A DNA stretch of 64,000 nt from a virus. Positions 1 to 9,416 of the stretch are shown here, one piece after another. Both the position numbers and the translations under genes were made by a program. The stretch lies in the IMG/VR virus record IMGVR_UViG_3300028571_002266, positions 104,479 to 168,478 of that record, one strand, 5' to 3'. Every line of letters begins with the position of its first letter. The first letter of the stretch is position 1. The notes under the pieces were generated by a model. It saw only the letters and a list, made by a program, of their open reading frames with translations, was not told the DNA's origin and ran no database searches.

Positions 1-35
1 ATTGTAGGTTTTGGCATAATGGTATAAGCGACCAC

Positions 36-587
36 ATGAAGGTCAAGAAAGAATTTTATATTGATTTGGTTAATTTCTTGTCCAATAAGGATGTTACTTG
101 TGTTTTGTGGCAAAATGCATTTTCTTATGATCTTGCTGATTCTCTTGAAGAAAAGTGTGTGTTTTTGAGAGAGCAGGACGTAACAAAGGCTTTGGCAGCG
201 ATGCGTGCTTGTGGTTGTGTTCTTGACACGTTCAATGGTTTGTCGAGGTTGTCTTTGCTGGCAAGAACTCCCTTTTTGTCTATTGATGAAAGGTCGAGGT
301 TTTCAGGAACGAAGGAATTCGAGATTGATCATTTGAGTGGCAATCAAATTCCGTATCAGTATATTTTTTCATTTTCTACTATCATAACTGATGGCGATGC
401 TGGTTTGTGGAAGAGTGATATTTTTCCAAGTATTTATCGAAAGCTTGAGGAATTTTTACCTAGCCTAAACCGTGATGAATGGCCTTCTACTGCGGAGAGT
501 ATTGAAAATTTACCTTATGAAGATTTTGTGCAACCGCAGAAAAAAAAGAAACTTGGCACAAGATTTATCAAGGTAGCAAAAGAATAA
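36..587 (+). CDS. glycosyltransferase family 9-like protein (probably 5'-truncated by the window)
   Basis: CGCVLDTFNGLSRLSLLARTPFLSI resembles the GT9 D-S-G-x-x-H-L-A-x-A-x-x-x-P segment. Confidence 0.4.
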   Translation: MKVKKEFYIDLVNFLSNKDVTCVLWQNAFSYDLADSLEEKCVFLREQDVTKALAAMRACGCVLDTFNGLSRLSLLARTPFLSIDERSRFSGTKEFEIDHLSGNQIPYQYIFSFSTIITDGDAGLWKSDIFPSIYRKLEEFLPSLNRDEWPSTAESIENLPYEDFVQPQKKKKLGTRFIKVAKE

Positions 588-597
588 GGAATAAAGT

Positions 598-885
598 ATG
601 GCTTGTAAAGTTGAATTGCGTGATCTTCCTATGAATCCAAGTTGGTATGAAAAGGAGATTGCATTCAAAAAAATGTTTACTGCTTTCAAAAAGCAGGTTG
701 CGGAAGCTGGTATTCTGCATGATTTTAAGAAGAGAGAGTACTATGAGACTCCCGGTCAAATTCGTCGCCGTAAGAGTCGTGAGGCGGAAAATGTGCGTTT
801 GAAGGAAAAGCTGCGTGAGAATTTCCCAGAAAGACGTAAGCCGAAGAAGTCTGATAACAAGAAAACAAAAGCCAAGGGTGAATAA
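598..885 (+). CDS. rpsU: ribosomal protein bS21
   Basis: FKKMFTAFKKQVAEAGILHDFKKREYYETPGQIRRRK is the bS21 signature; AAGGA RBS upstream. Confidence 0.9.
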   Translation: MACKVELRDLPMNPSWYEKEIAFKKMFTAFKKQVAEAGILHDFKKREYYETPGQIRRRKSREAENVRLKEKLRENFPERRKPKKSDNKKTKAKGE

Positions 886-1148
886 TGCCATCTAAAAAAG
901 GTACGATCATGAGCCTGAATGTTGATCCCAGCATTCAGGAAAAGATGAAGGCAGTTGCCAAGAGGCGAAACATTAGTGTTTCCAAGCTTGTTCGTGATTT
1001 GGTTGACAATAATCTTCCAGATGCTGACGAGGAAGTAGATGTTGTGATCTTTAAGATTCCAACTGCCATGAGGACAACTCCTGATTCTCTTAAGCAATGG
1101 CTGCAAAATCGTATTGATGCTGTAGTAAGGGCTTTGACAACATCATGA
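885..1148 (+). CDS. ribbon-helix-helix (CopG/Arc-like) DNA-binding protein
   Basis: IMSLNVD...MKAVAKRRNISVSKLVRDLV strand-helix-helix pattern. Confidence 0.65.
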   Translation: MPSKKGTIMSLNVDPSIQEKMKAVAKRRNISVSKLVRDLVDNNLPDADEEVDVVIFKIPTAMRTTPDSLKQWLQNRIDAVVRALTTS

Positions 1149-1639
1149 AATTCAAAGAACCTCTGAAAATTGTTCCAGTTGCTGATATCCCTAAGGCAAA
1201 AGATGTTCCTCTTGAAAGCCTTATGGATATATTCCGTCTTTGCACAAAGATGGAAAAAATTTGCGATGAAAATGATGGAATAGGTTTATCAGCAGTTCAA
1301 GTTGGAGTTCCATGGAATCTTTTCATTGTTAAGCGCAATCGTCATTTTGAATATTATGTCAATTGCGAGTATACAGGCCATGGAGACAAGATAAAGTCAG
1401 TTGAGGGCTGCTTGTCTCTTAGGAATGAGGATGGCACTTTTAGAAGGTTTGAGGTTGAGAGATTTTCTAAGACACGAATAAAAGGCAAGCAACTTGTTGT
1501 TTCAGGGATGCCTTCTCTTGTTTTGAATGATGTTGATCGTGAAGAGATTAATCTTTTCAGTATTGTTTTTCAGCATGAATGCGATCACAGTCGAGATGTA
1601 CTCGTTTCGCAAATAGGTCGTGAGGTGGAATTGGCCTAA
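1145..1639 (+). CDS. def: peptide deformylase
   Basis: all three PDF motifs: GIGLSAVQVG, EGCLS, QHECDH; short C-terminus. Confidence 0.93.
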   Translation: MKFKEPLKIVPVADIPKAKDVPLESLMDIFRLCTKMEKICDENDGIGLSAVQVGVPWNLFIVKRNRHFEYYVNCEYTGHGDKIKSVEGCLSLRNEDGTFRRFEVERFSKTRIKGKQLVVSGMPSLVLNDVDREEINLFSIVFQHECDHSRDVLVSQIGREVELA

Positions 1640-1666
1640 GAAATCCGTCTTCCGTTAAAGGACGGA
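1640..1666 (+). repeat. dispersed GAAATCCGTC hairpin element copy
   Basis: GAAATCCGTCTTCCGTTAAAGGACGGA directly after the def stop codon. Confidence 0.75.
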
Positions 1667-1682
1667 GCTAAGGGAATGAATT

Positions 1683-1961
1683 ATGTTAAGTCTCAAACAA
1701 TTAGAAGATGTGTGTCTGAATTCAGATGCGACTTCTCAAAAATGTCGATATATTTGTCAAGATGAAGTTGACAAAAATAAGTTTTACTGCTTAAAACTTT
1801 CTGCTAAAGCTAGCAAAATAGATAATGAAATTGAAAATTATATCAAAGTAATTAGCTTAAAAGGCAGAGATCCTTCTGATGAAAATTTACCATTAGGGGA
1901 CAATTGTTCTGGTTATCCTTTTCTTAGGCATATCGAACAAGGTTACGACAAGAAAAATTAG
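1683..1961 (+). CDS. Cys-rich hypothetical protein
   Basis: 92-aa ORF with RBS, operon-like position. Confidence 0.6.
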   Translation: MLSLKQLEDVCLNSDATSQKCRYICQDEVDKNKFYCLKLSAKASKIDNEIENYIKVISLKGRDPSDENLPLGDNCSGYPFLRHIEQGYDKKN

Positions 1962-2458
1962 AGACTTTCTAGTCTCTCTCTGATTATCTGGTAGATATCC
2001 TTTCCTTTGTTTTCTTCAACAGCAGAGGAAAGGATATTTGCTTCTAGCTCATTACTGTTAAATCTTGCTATCTCTCTTACCATTAGTTCGTTCGTCTTTT
2101 CGCTGCTTATAGCTCTGTTTCGATAGTAGAACAATAGCATTGCTATGACAACTAATGCGAAGATGAAGATTAGTGCTCCATCGCCTTGGATTATTTGAAC
2201 TCCTGTGTTTTCGTTTCGTGAAATTGCGCCGTTTATGTTGACTAGGCCGCTTTGTATTTCTTTCAGAAGACTATTTTGGGCTGATAGATCTTGCCTAGTC
2301 TTCATGAGTTCGGCCATTACCCCATTTTGGTTTGTGCGTATATCCTCTATTTTACCATTTTGATTTTGTATTTTGGGGTTGTTTCTTGGGTTGAAGTTTG
2401 CACATCCTACCAAGTTTAACAAGGTTGCGGCTGCAATAATCAACAAAAATTTGTACAT
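1958..2458 (-). CDS. lipoprotein with coiled coil and a second TM segment (spanin-like architecture)
   Basis: GGAGG RBS before ATG 2458; signal peptide ending LVGC lipobox; TM GALIFIFALVVIAMLLFYY. Confidence 0.6.
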   Translation of the reverse strand: MYKFLLIIAAATLLNLVGCANFNPRNNPKIQNQNGKIEDIRTNQNGVMAELMKTRQDLSAQNSLLKEIQSGLVNINGAISRNENTGVQIIQGDGALIFIFALVVIAMLLFYYRNRAISSEKTNELMVREIARFNSNELEANILSSAVEENKGKDIYQIIRERLESL

Positions 2459-2477
2459 ACATCCTCCACAATATGTA

Positions 2478-2537
2478 TTTACAAGTGGGGAATTTCTTTG
2501 TACACTATGCTGAGAAATCCGTTTCATGTTGACGGAT
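2478..2537 (+). promoter_or_regulatory. sigma-70 promoter followed by hairpin element
   Basis: TTTACA-17bp-TACACT, then GAAATCCGTTTCATGTTGACGGAT 7 nt after the -10. Confidence 0.7.
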
Positions 2538-2561
2538 GATCAACCCGCTGGAGGATTTGGC

Positions 2562-2972
2562 GTGGCTCAAGGCAAGGATGTTTTTTTCTTTGGTGATGAA
2601 TTTGATGATGAAAATTCATCAAGTGAAAGCGCACAGATTGCAAATGAATTTAAGCAGAATGCTAATTCATTAGTTGTACATCATTTGTCAAATTACTTCA
2701 AGGACAAGATGTTGCACACAGGAGGAAATGTTCCTGATCAATTACTAAATAGTCATAAAAGAATATCTATGGTTTTGAACTACACTGTTTCTAATGGTGT
2801 AGATCATGCTCATGAAAGACTAGAATTTTCTGAGGGGAGAAACAATGATGATGAGAATTCAGAGCTTATCGTCACTGTTCTTCATGGAATAGCCAAAAGT
2901 GGTGTTCCGAAGGAATTTGCTGGTGGTATGCTTTGTCTGCACTTGGAATTAATAGAAGGGATAGATTTTTGA
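2562..2972 (+). CDS. hypothetical protein
   Basis: GGAGG RBS before in-frame GTG at 2562. Confidence 0.6.
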   Translation: MAQGKDVFFFGDEFDDENSSSESAQIANEFKQNANSLVVHHLSNYFKDKMLHTGGNVPDQLLNSHKRISMVLNYTVSNGVDHAHERLEFSEGRNNDDENSELIVTVLHGIAKSGVPKEFAGGMLCLHLELIEGIDF

Positions 2973-3283
2973 ATCTTGATTTATTATTGTTGTCAAGGCA
3001 ATTTGAGACTGTCGAATTGCCGAAGGAAAAGAAATACCTCCTGAGATATTTTGAAAATCCAGTTCAGGAGGCTTTTCTTAAATATTTCTTTGTATTTGGT
3101 AATTATGTTAATTTTTGTGACCACACTGGTCATTTCGTGCAGAAAAAATGGTTAAAACATCTGCATGAAAAATTAAAAACAATTGAAAAAGCCCACAAAG
3201 ATGCCAGATCTAACTTTGACATGGCTGGACTTGTTGAAATTGAAAAAGGTGAATTCAAATTCAGTCGTCATCTTCCTAAATAG
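2933..3283 (+). CDS. hypothetical protein
   Basis: ORF track; start uncertain. Confidence 0.55.
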   Translation: MSALGINRRDRFLNLDLLLLSRQFETVELPKEKKYLLRYFENPVQEAFLKYFFVFGNYVNFCDHTGHFVQKKWLKHLHEKLKTIEKAHKDARSNFDMAGLVEIEKGEFKFSRHLPK

Positions 3284-3286
3284 TGT

Positions 3287-3529
3287 ATGGCACTAATATC
3301 ATTCGGCGATTGGCGTAAAAAATTTGATGAAGCAAGCCCTACTACAAGATTAAGGGCTGGAATTGAGGCGGGTAATTATCCCATGTCTGCTGGGGTGGCT
3401 ATGTCTCGATCCACACCAAGCCCATCTTTTGTAAAGAAGGCAATTGAAGAATTAGGATCACCTGAACATCCTAAAAGGAAAAATAAGACTAAAAAGAAAC
3501 GTAGGAATTCCAAGAAAAGGGAAAAATGA
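3287..3529 (+). CDS. small basic protein, putative internal head protein
   Basis: N-terminus ISFGDWRKKFDEA, Lys/Arg tail, TAAATA 4 nt before ATG. Confidence 0.55.
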   Translation: MALISFGDWRKKFDEASPTTRLRAGIEAGNYPMSAGVAMSRSTPSPSFVKKAIEELGSPEHPKRKNKTKKKRRNSKKREK

Positions 3530-3924
3530 TTTTTTTCAATGAATGGATGCAGGAAAGATTCGATGAGGCTAAAAAGTCTCGTCGCACCCCTGTTCCTCAT
3601 TCTGATGTTGAAAAATGGATGCGTTCTTTAGAGCTTCTCAAGAAAGATCTTGAGGAATTGCAGAAAGCCAAGAAGAATGCTGCCCAAAGATTTGCTAGAG
3701 AAGCAAAAATCAAGAAGGAAAAAGAAAAGAAGGCTAAAGATGCCAAGAAGTTAAAAAAGAAAAAAGATTCAGAAATAGATAAAAAATCTGAAAAAGAACC
3801 TGAAGTTGAGAAGAAAGATAAAAAACCTGAAGTCAAAAAATATGATTCCAAGAAAAATGTTGTATCTGATAAGTTCAGACAGATTAAGAGTCAAAGGCGT
3901 AAAAATAATAAGCCTAGAGACTAA
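3526..3924 (+). CDS. Lys/Glu-rich protein, putative internal head protein
   Basis: N-terminus MIFFNEWMQERFDEA; highly charged low-complexity body. Confidence 0.55.
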   Translation: MIFFNEWMQERFDEAKKSRRTPVPHSDVEKWMRSLELLKKDLEELQKAKKNAAQRFAREAKIKKEKEKKAKDAKKLKKKKDSEIDKKSEKEPEVEKKDKKPEVKKYDSKKNVVSDKFRQIKSQRRKNNKPRD

Positions 3925-3974
3925 TTATTTTTAAGTTGGCAGTCTCCACTATAATTAAATAGCGGAGATAGATC

Positions 3975-4421
3975 ATGAGTACTGAAAATATTTGCAACGA
4001 TGATTCCTTAGATCAATCTAAGGCAAAAAATGCCAGAGATGTTCTGAAAGGCATTATTGTTTCAGAATCAAATCTTGAAACATATTTAATTGCAGTAGCT
4101 GTTCATAAAGATTCATCCAAGAATTTTATCAATAGAATAAGTTGTAAGAAGGGCATACCTCTTGATGGATATGTTTATGATGCTCAATCAGACAGTTATT
4201 TCATAGAATGCACTGATTTTTTGCATGTAGGGGTAATTCCTGTTTCTTTTGTTGCTACTGCTAAAGATTCTTATTTTTGGAAAATGAATATACCTTTGCC
4301 TGAAGCTGTCATTAAAAAGTATTTGACTGAGATCCAAAAGAAGGATTTGAAAAACTTTAAGAGTCATTTTAGCTCTCAAGATTACATGATTAATTATGTT
4401 CAAATGGTTAATCCAAACTGA
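3975..4421 (+). CDS. hypothetical protein
   Basis: GGAG RBS, 148 aa. Confidence 0.6.
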   Translation: MSTENICNDDSLDQSKAKNARDVLKGIIVSESNLETYLIAVAVHKDSSKNFINRISCKKGIPLDGYVYDAQSDSYFIECTDFLHVGVIPVSFVATAKDSYFWKMNIPLPEAVIKKYLTEIQKKDLKNFKSHFSSQDYMINYVQMVNPN

Positions 4422-4459
4422 ATTCATGTTTTTCTGGTTCTTCTGCCATAAATAATTTC

Positions 4460-5287
4460 ATGGCATGCTCATCTACTGGAATAGGCTGTACTACTACAAC
4501 TGCAAAAAGTTGTCCTGACGAATATGGATGCGTTAGCGGCGTATGTGCCGATTTCATCATTCGTAGGCATGATACTAAACCATCTTTCAAGGTTAAGATC
4601 GAAGATTGCGATGGACCTCTTGATCTTACAGATCTTGTTCTTGAGGCCACAATGTGGGCCAAGGGGAAGCTTAAGGTTTCTCTTGATCAGAATGATTCAG
4701 TTATTGGTTTGGCTGATAATATTGGCTTTAATCAAGTAATGCAGGGCGATGTGATTATCATGGATCAGGCTAGATTGCCTGAGAAGATGCTTGTTGTTGG
4801 ATTTGATGAAGTAAATCGCCTCATTCGTGTCCAGAGAGGTTATCATGGAACCCCAGTGCAAAACTGGAGACGTGGCACAGGATTGAAAATCATTAAGTTT
4901 TCTAACGCAACTGCTACAACTGAAATGTTGTATCAGGACATCATTAACATTGATGGAACAACGACTAAGGATGTTTTAGTCGATAGTTTTTTAATTTATG
5001 ATTGGCAGAGTGAAGACACATGTCTTCCGGGTTGTTATTATTTGGAATTTAAGCTTTTGAAAATGGTGGTTTCTTTTGCTCTTGCTTATGATTCTTCTGT
5101 CCCAAGCAATCAAATTCCTAGTAATCTTTTGCCTGATGGAGTTATTCCGAGTTTTACTGATCCAAGTTTTATACCTTCCGATTTTGGTTGTTCTATGAAT
5201 CCACTTGTTGAATGGATAAGAAGGTTTCCTATTGATAAAGAAGGCTTTATAATTAAAATAACGAATACTTTTACGGCTGATGATTGA
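4460..5287 (+). CDS. putative virion structural protein
   Basis: FIIRRHDTKPSF...PLDLT and YDW...DT..PG.YYLEF resemble BppU-like baseplate/fibre domains; TAAATA upstream. Confidence 0.5.
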   Translation: MACSSTGIGCTTTTAKSCPDEYGCVSGVCADFIIRRHDTKPSFKVKIEDCDGPLDLTDLVLEATMWAKGKLKVSLDQNDSVIGLADNIGFNQVMQGDVIIMDQARLPEKMLVVGFDEVNRLIRVQRGYHGTPVQNWRRGTGLKIIKFSNATATTEMLYQDIINIDGTTTKDVLVDSFLIYDWQSEDTCLPGCYYLEFKLLKMVVSFALAYDSSVPSNQIPSNLLPDGVIPSFTDPSFIPSDFGCSMNPLVEWIRRFPIDKEGFIIKITNTFTADD

Positions 5288-5312
5288 CATCATAGAATTT
5301 AAGTCGTATTTT
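5284..5312 (+). promoter_or_regulatory. sigma-70 promoter for infC
   Basis: TTGACA-17bp-TATTTT. Confidence 0.55.
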
Positions 5313-5353
5313 TGTATAGGGTCTTTTTTATGTTGGAGCATGGATTTCACAAG

Positions 5354-5899
5354 ATGCAGCAAAACAAATTTCCTAGAGAGCGAAGCGAAGATCAAAACAG
5401 AGTTAACTGGCAGATAAGAGTGCCACAAGTTAGGGTTGTTCGTGAAGAAGAGCAACTTGGCATTATGGCTACTGATGAGGCAAGAAAACTTGCCATGGAC
5501 AATGGTCTTGATCTAGTAGAGATCGCTCCTACTGCGAAGCCTCCTGTTTGTAGGATTATGGATTATGGTCGTTATAAATACGAACTGAAAATCAAGAAAA
5601 AAGAAGCTGCAAAGAAGCAGCGTGAGTCACAAGTCCAGATAAAGGAAATTAGACTTCGTCCTGCTATTCAAGATCATGATATTGAAACAAAAATTAATCA
5701 GGCGAAGAATTTTCTTGAAGAAGGTTGTAAGGTTCAATTTTACCTTCAATTCAAGGGTTACCGTGAATTGAATCATAAAGAGCAGGGTTTCGCTGTTATG
5801 AAAAAAATTGTTGAAACAATGGAGCAATTTGGAGTCGTAGAGAAAAGACCTGCGATGGAAGGCAATCGAATTACATGCTTTTTTACTCCCAAAGTATAG
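5354..5899 (+). CDS. infC: translation initiation factor IF-3
   Basis: N..IR..QVRV, LDLVEIAPTAKPPVCRIMDYGRYKYE, KEIRLRP.I..HD. Confidence 0.96.
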   Translation: MQQNKFPRERSEDQNRVNWQIRVPQVRVVREEEQLGIMATDEARKLAMDNGLDLVEIAPTAKPPVCRIMDYGRYKYELKIKKKEAAKKQRESQVQIKEIRLRPAIQDHDIETKINQAKNFLEEGCKVQFYLQFKGYRELNHKEQGFAVMKKIVETMEQFGVVEKRPAMEGNRITCFFTPKV

Positions 5900-5910
5900 T
5901 GGGAAACATC

Positions 5911-7119
5911 ATGATTGATAATGTTTTGGCCAAAAAGGTCAACGATGTTCAGAATGAATTCAATCGTCGATTATATCATCATGTTCAACTAAGAGATAAT
6001 TCATCAGGTCCTCCTCTTTTTTTTAGAATGATTCATGATTCCAATCAGGATCTTCTTGAATTTGCATTTGGTCATTTTGGTAAGAATCTTGGTGATTTGA
6101 CTCATGTCCTAGACATGACTCATCCAGACCTTGTAACCATATTTGATGGTAGTTTTTCAGACGAGCATATTTTTTCAAAGCAATGTATAGAATTTTTGGC
6201 GATGGCACAATATGCTAAAAACAATGGAATGAGTCATATTTTCCCGTTATTGGGAAATCTTTTGATCAAAGAATCATTAGATAAAACTATTGTCAAAAAG
6301 ATTGATGGTGCAAATTACAATAAATCTTATGTTCGTCTTATTCTCGATTCAGAAGAGAGAGATGCAATAAGATTTTGCAAGAAAATGCAAGTTATTGATC
6401 TTCAGGCCTTTTATAAAAAAGGCGAAGAATCATGGAATGCACAGCCAGATTCTTTTAAGCAATTTATCAGATATGATTCTGCATATATGCGTGAATTAAA
6501 GCAAGCTGAAAAGAAAATGAAGAGATATGAGGATTTGGGTTGTCAAAGTCTTGCTTCTGAAATTTCTAAGAGTATTGAAGTTTTCCGTGAAAACATGGAA
6601 CAGGCATATTATGGATTCAATCGCATTACAATGACTAATGCTGCTATTATTTTAGCAAAATCAATGTCTTACAACTATAGTCCTTCCTGCCAGATTTCTG
6701 CTGGTGGGCATATAATGAAAATTGAAGCTCAGGTTACAATAAATCGTTCATTCTTCAAAGATATTTATTTTGATTCTTCCCTTGTAGTTGACGCAACTTA
6801 TCATTATGAGCCAAAAGTATATCCTTTCCATGAACTTAAAGATGTGGCTTCGGATGAAGTTCTCCAAACGATAAAAATGCTTGAAAACTTCCCAGAAGCA
6901 AACAATAAACCAATATTCGATCATTTTGGCGTTATTGTGCCTTCAATAGCTTATAGGAATAAAATGTTTAAGAATGAGAAAGGTATATTGCAGGATTATG
7001 CCGTTTTAGAAGATTGTCAAAAAGAAATGGACAAAATGTTCATCAGGAATAAATGTTTTTATCCGATAATTGTTGGCGAGAAAGATGGAAAATGCTTTTT
7101 TATATGTTATTGGACTTGA
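5911..7119 (+). CDS. hypothetical protein
   Basis: long ORF, no family recognised. Confidence 0.7.
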   Translation: MIDNVLAKKVNDVQNEFNRRLYHHVQLRDNSSGPPLFFRMIHDSNQDLLEFAFGHFGKNLGDLTHVLDMTHPDLVTIFDGSFSDEHIFSKQCIEFLAMAQYAKNNGMSHIFPLLGNLLIKESLDKTIVKKIDGANYNKSYVRLILDSEERDAIRFCKKMQVIDLQAFYKKGEESWNAQPDSFKQFIRYDSAYMRELKQAEKKMKRYEDLGCQSLASEISKSIEVFRENMEQAYYGFNRITMTNAAIILAKSMSYNYSPSCQISAGGHIMKIEAQVTINRSFFKDIYFDSSLVVDATYHYEPKVYPFHELKDVASDEVLQTIKMLENFPEANNKPIFDHFGVIVPSIAYRNKMFKNEKGILQDYAVLEDCQKEMDKMFIRNKCFYPIIVGEKDGKCFFICYWT

Positions 7120-7128
7120 GGTTGCGTA

Positions 7129-7380
7129 ATGATTTATAATTTAACGAAGGAAGAACTTCTGGAATTTGCACATGTGATTTACGAGCAATCTGTGAATGGT
7201 TATTTAGATCTGAAAGAAAGTACTTGTCACAAGTTGCTAGTAAATTTTTTAGCAAACAAAAAAACTTCTATTCCAGATACTAATGTAAACATGAGTACTA
7301 ATTTTGTGGATACAAATCAGATTTTTAATTCTGATGTTTTCACGGTAACAGAAAGTTTCATCATCAGTCAAACTCAATGA
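7129..7380 (+). CDS. hypothetical protein
   Basis: GAGG RBS, 83 aa. Confidence 0.55.
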   Translation: MIYNLTKEELLEFAHVIYEQSVNGYLDLKESTCHKLLVNFLANKKTSIPDTNVNMSTNFVDTNQIFNSDVFTVTESFIISQTQ

Positions 7381-7404
7381 GTTTGTAAATTTACGGGGAT
7401 AATT

Positions 7405-7776
7405 ATGTCGAAGAGTAAGATTCTCACTCCTATGGGTTCAGTTTATGATTCTACTATTATTGGTGGTGGATCAAAAGTTCCTAAAATCAAATCTGTCAAG
7501 CCAACTGGTTCGCAGGTTCTAATTGAATTCTTGACATCTCAGGAAATGCTTGGGACAAGTCTAGCTGTCAATGAAAAAACAGATTTGAAAGTTCCTTTGC
7601 AAGGCTATGTTCGCTCTGTAGGCCCTAACTTCAAATCATCAGATTATGGGTTTAATATAGGCGACAGAGTCACTGTTTCAGGTCCCGGTATTCATGTTCC
7701 TAATTGGGACAATATTCACCGTGATCGCTTCCTTATGGAACCTTCTTCAATTAAAGGCGTGATCATAGAAGAATGA
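7405..7776 (+). CDS. groES: GroES-like co-chaperonin
   Basis: VKPTGSQVLIE, G.VRSVGP, IGDRV, LMEPSSIKGVI follow the GroES pattern. Confidence 0.75.
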   Translation: MSKSKILTPMGSVYDSTIIGGGSKVPKIKSVKPTGSQVLIEFLTSQEMLGTSLAVNEKTDLKVPLQGYVRSVGPNFKSSDYGFNIGDRVTVSGPGIHVPNWDNIHRDRFLMEPSSIKGVIIEE

Positions 7777-8828
7777 AAGACTACTATGTCGTTCTAGGTA
7801 TTCCTAGAAATGCATCTAAAGAAGATATTGTTAGGGCATACCGCAAGGGTGCCCAAACACATCATCCTGACCGTAATCCCGGCGACTCAGAAGCCGAAAA
7901 GAGATTTCGTGAAATTCAGGAAGCGTATGAGATATTAAACGATCCAGAAAAACGTGCTGAATATGACAGTGGAGGCCACTCCATGCATTTCAGGATGCGT
8001 GGATTTGAGGGTAATCCTTTCAGTGGTTCATTTGGTGATATTTTCCAGAATAGTTCTTATCGTGGAAGAAATCTAACAGTAAGATTAGAAATTGATTTAT
8101 CAGAAGCTTATAACGGTTGTAACAAAGAAATAATTATAAAAGTTAAAAATACATGCACGACATGTAAGGGTCAAGGCCAGATAAGTAATGAATCATGTGC
8201 TAATTGTAATGGTCAAGGATTCACTAAAGTAAATAATGCTCCTTTTGAATTCAGAACAAATTGTCCAATTTGTAATGGTTTGGGAAAGATAAATCCAATC
8301 ACATGCGTTGATTGCAGTGGTTCTGGAATGCTTTCTGGATATAAGGAAAAAAAGATACAGGTTCAAATTCCATGTGGAGTTGACAGTGGAATTAATCTGA
8401 GAATGCCCGGTCAAGGAGAGGAATCAATCAGGGGAGGAAATCCCGGTGATTTAATTATTCATGTCTTGGTTAAAGAACATGAATATTTTCAAAGAGAAGG
8501 AATAGATCTTCTTGTTGATGTCCCTCTTTCCTTTTCCCAGTTGACATTTGGCTGTGAAGTCGAAATACCTACAATTTGCGACGAGACGCTTACTTGTAAA
8601 ATTCCATTGGGAACACAAAGCCACGCCAAGTTTAAGCTTGGAGGCAAAGGAATGAAACTTCCAAATGGTGTTTATGGTGATATGATTGTTACTGTAAAAG
8701 TTGAGATACCAAAAGGAATAACAGGTGAATATAAAGAAGCAATTTTGAAACTACAGGATTTTGAAAAAAATAACTTTGGATCTAGAAGACAAAGATGGCA
8801 AAAAATTGTAGGCAAAAAAGATAAATAA
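7773..8828 (+). CDS. dnaJ: DnaJ chaperone (class A)
   Basis: J domain with HPD, four CxxCxGxG repeats, C-terminal domain. Confidence 0.96.
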   Translation: MKDYYVVLGIPRNASKEDIVRAYRKGAQTHHPDRNPGDSEAEKRFREIQEAYEILNDPEKRAEYDSGGHSMHFRMRGFEGNPFSGSFGDIFQNSSYRGRNLTVRLEIDLSEAYNGCNKEIIIKVKNTCTTCKGQGQISNESCANCNGQGFTKVNNAPFEFRTNCPICNGLGKINPITCVDCSGSGMLSGYKEKKIQVQIPCGVDSGINLRMPGQGEESIRGGNPGDLIIHVLVKEHEYFQREGIDLLVDVPLSFSQLTFGCEVEIPTICDETLTCKIPLGTQSHAKFKLGGKGMKLPNGVYGDMIVTVKVEIPKGITGEYKEAILKLQDFEKNNFGSRRQRWQKIVGKKDK

Positions 8829-8848
8829 AAGTTAACTAGGAGAAGAAA

Positions 8849-9052
8849 ATGAATGCTTTGCACAATAAGTTTTTTTGGGTAGTCGCCGCTCTTACCGCAG
8901 CACTTTTAATTTTTGGAATTGGCGGTAAGTTATTTGTGGACAAGGTTGCTGATGTTGTTATTGAAAAGCTGAAAAAAGACTATAGCCCTTCTCCTTACGG
9001 TCCCGGTATTGATCCTGATAAGATTGATGTTACTAAAATTAAGAAAAATTAA
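8849..9052 (+). CDS. small membrane protein
   Basis: AGGAG RBS; one TM helix. Confidence 0.6.
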   Translation: MNALHNKFFWVVAALTAALLIFGIGGKLFVDKVADVVIEKLKKDYSPSPYGPGIDPDKIDVTKIKKN

Positions 9053-9399
9053 ATAACGTGACAGCTTTTTATTTGAGAAGGAGCGAGGCTGTTGTCATGC
9101 GACAGCCTTAACATTTTTATTACCATTGTTTTTCCAGTTTCTGGTTGGCCCTTTATCCTTCTAAATTCATCATGTGTAAAATAAAGTTTTGTCCCATCAC
9201 CTAGTTGAATATAAATAGGGTTCTTTTTTCGTATGATGATGTGAATTTTTGCTCTTTTTTCTATTACTGGTAAGTCTAAATCAATATTTGGCAAAATATA
9301 AGATTTTGCCCAATCAAAATTTTCTGAAACAGAAAAAGCCCCAATTCTATCTAGGCAATCTCTTATATTGATAAATTCTTGAAAATTACTGCTCATCAT
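9049..9399 (-). CDS. hypothetical protein
   Basis: TAAATA 4 nt before ATG; N-terminus SNFQEFI. Confidence 0.6.
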   Translation of the reverse strand: MMSSNFQEFINIRDCLDRIGAFSVSENFDWAKSYILPNIDLDLPVIEKRAKIHIIIRKKNPIYIQLGDGTKLYFTHDEFRRIKGQPETGKTMVIKMLRLSHDNSLAPSQIKSCHVI

Positions 9400-9416
9400 T
9401 ACTTATTTAGTTTACT

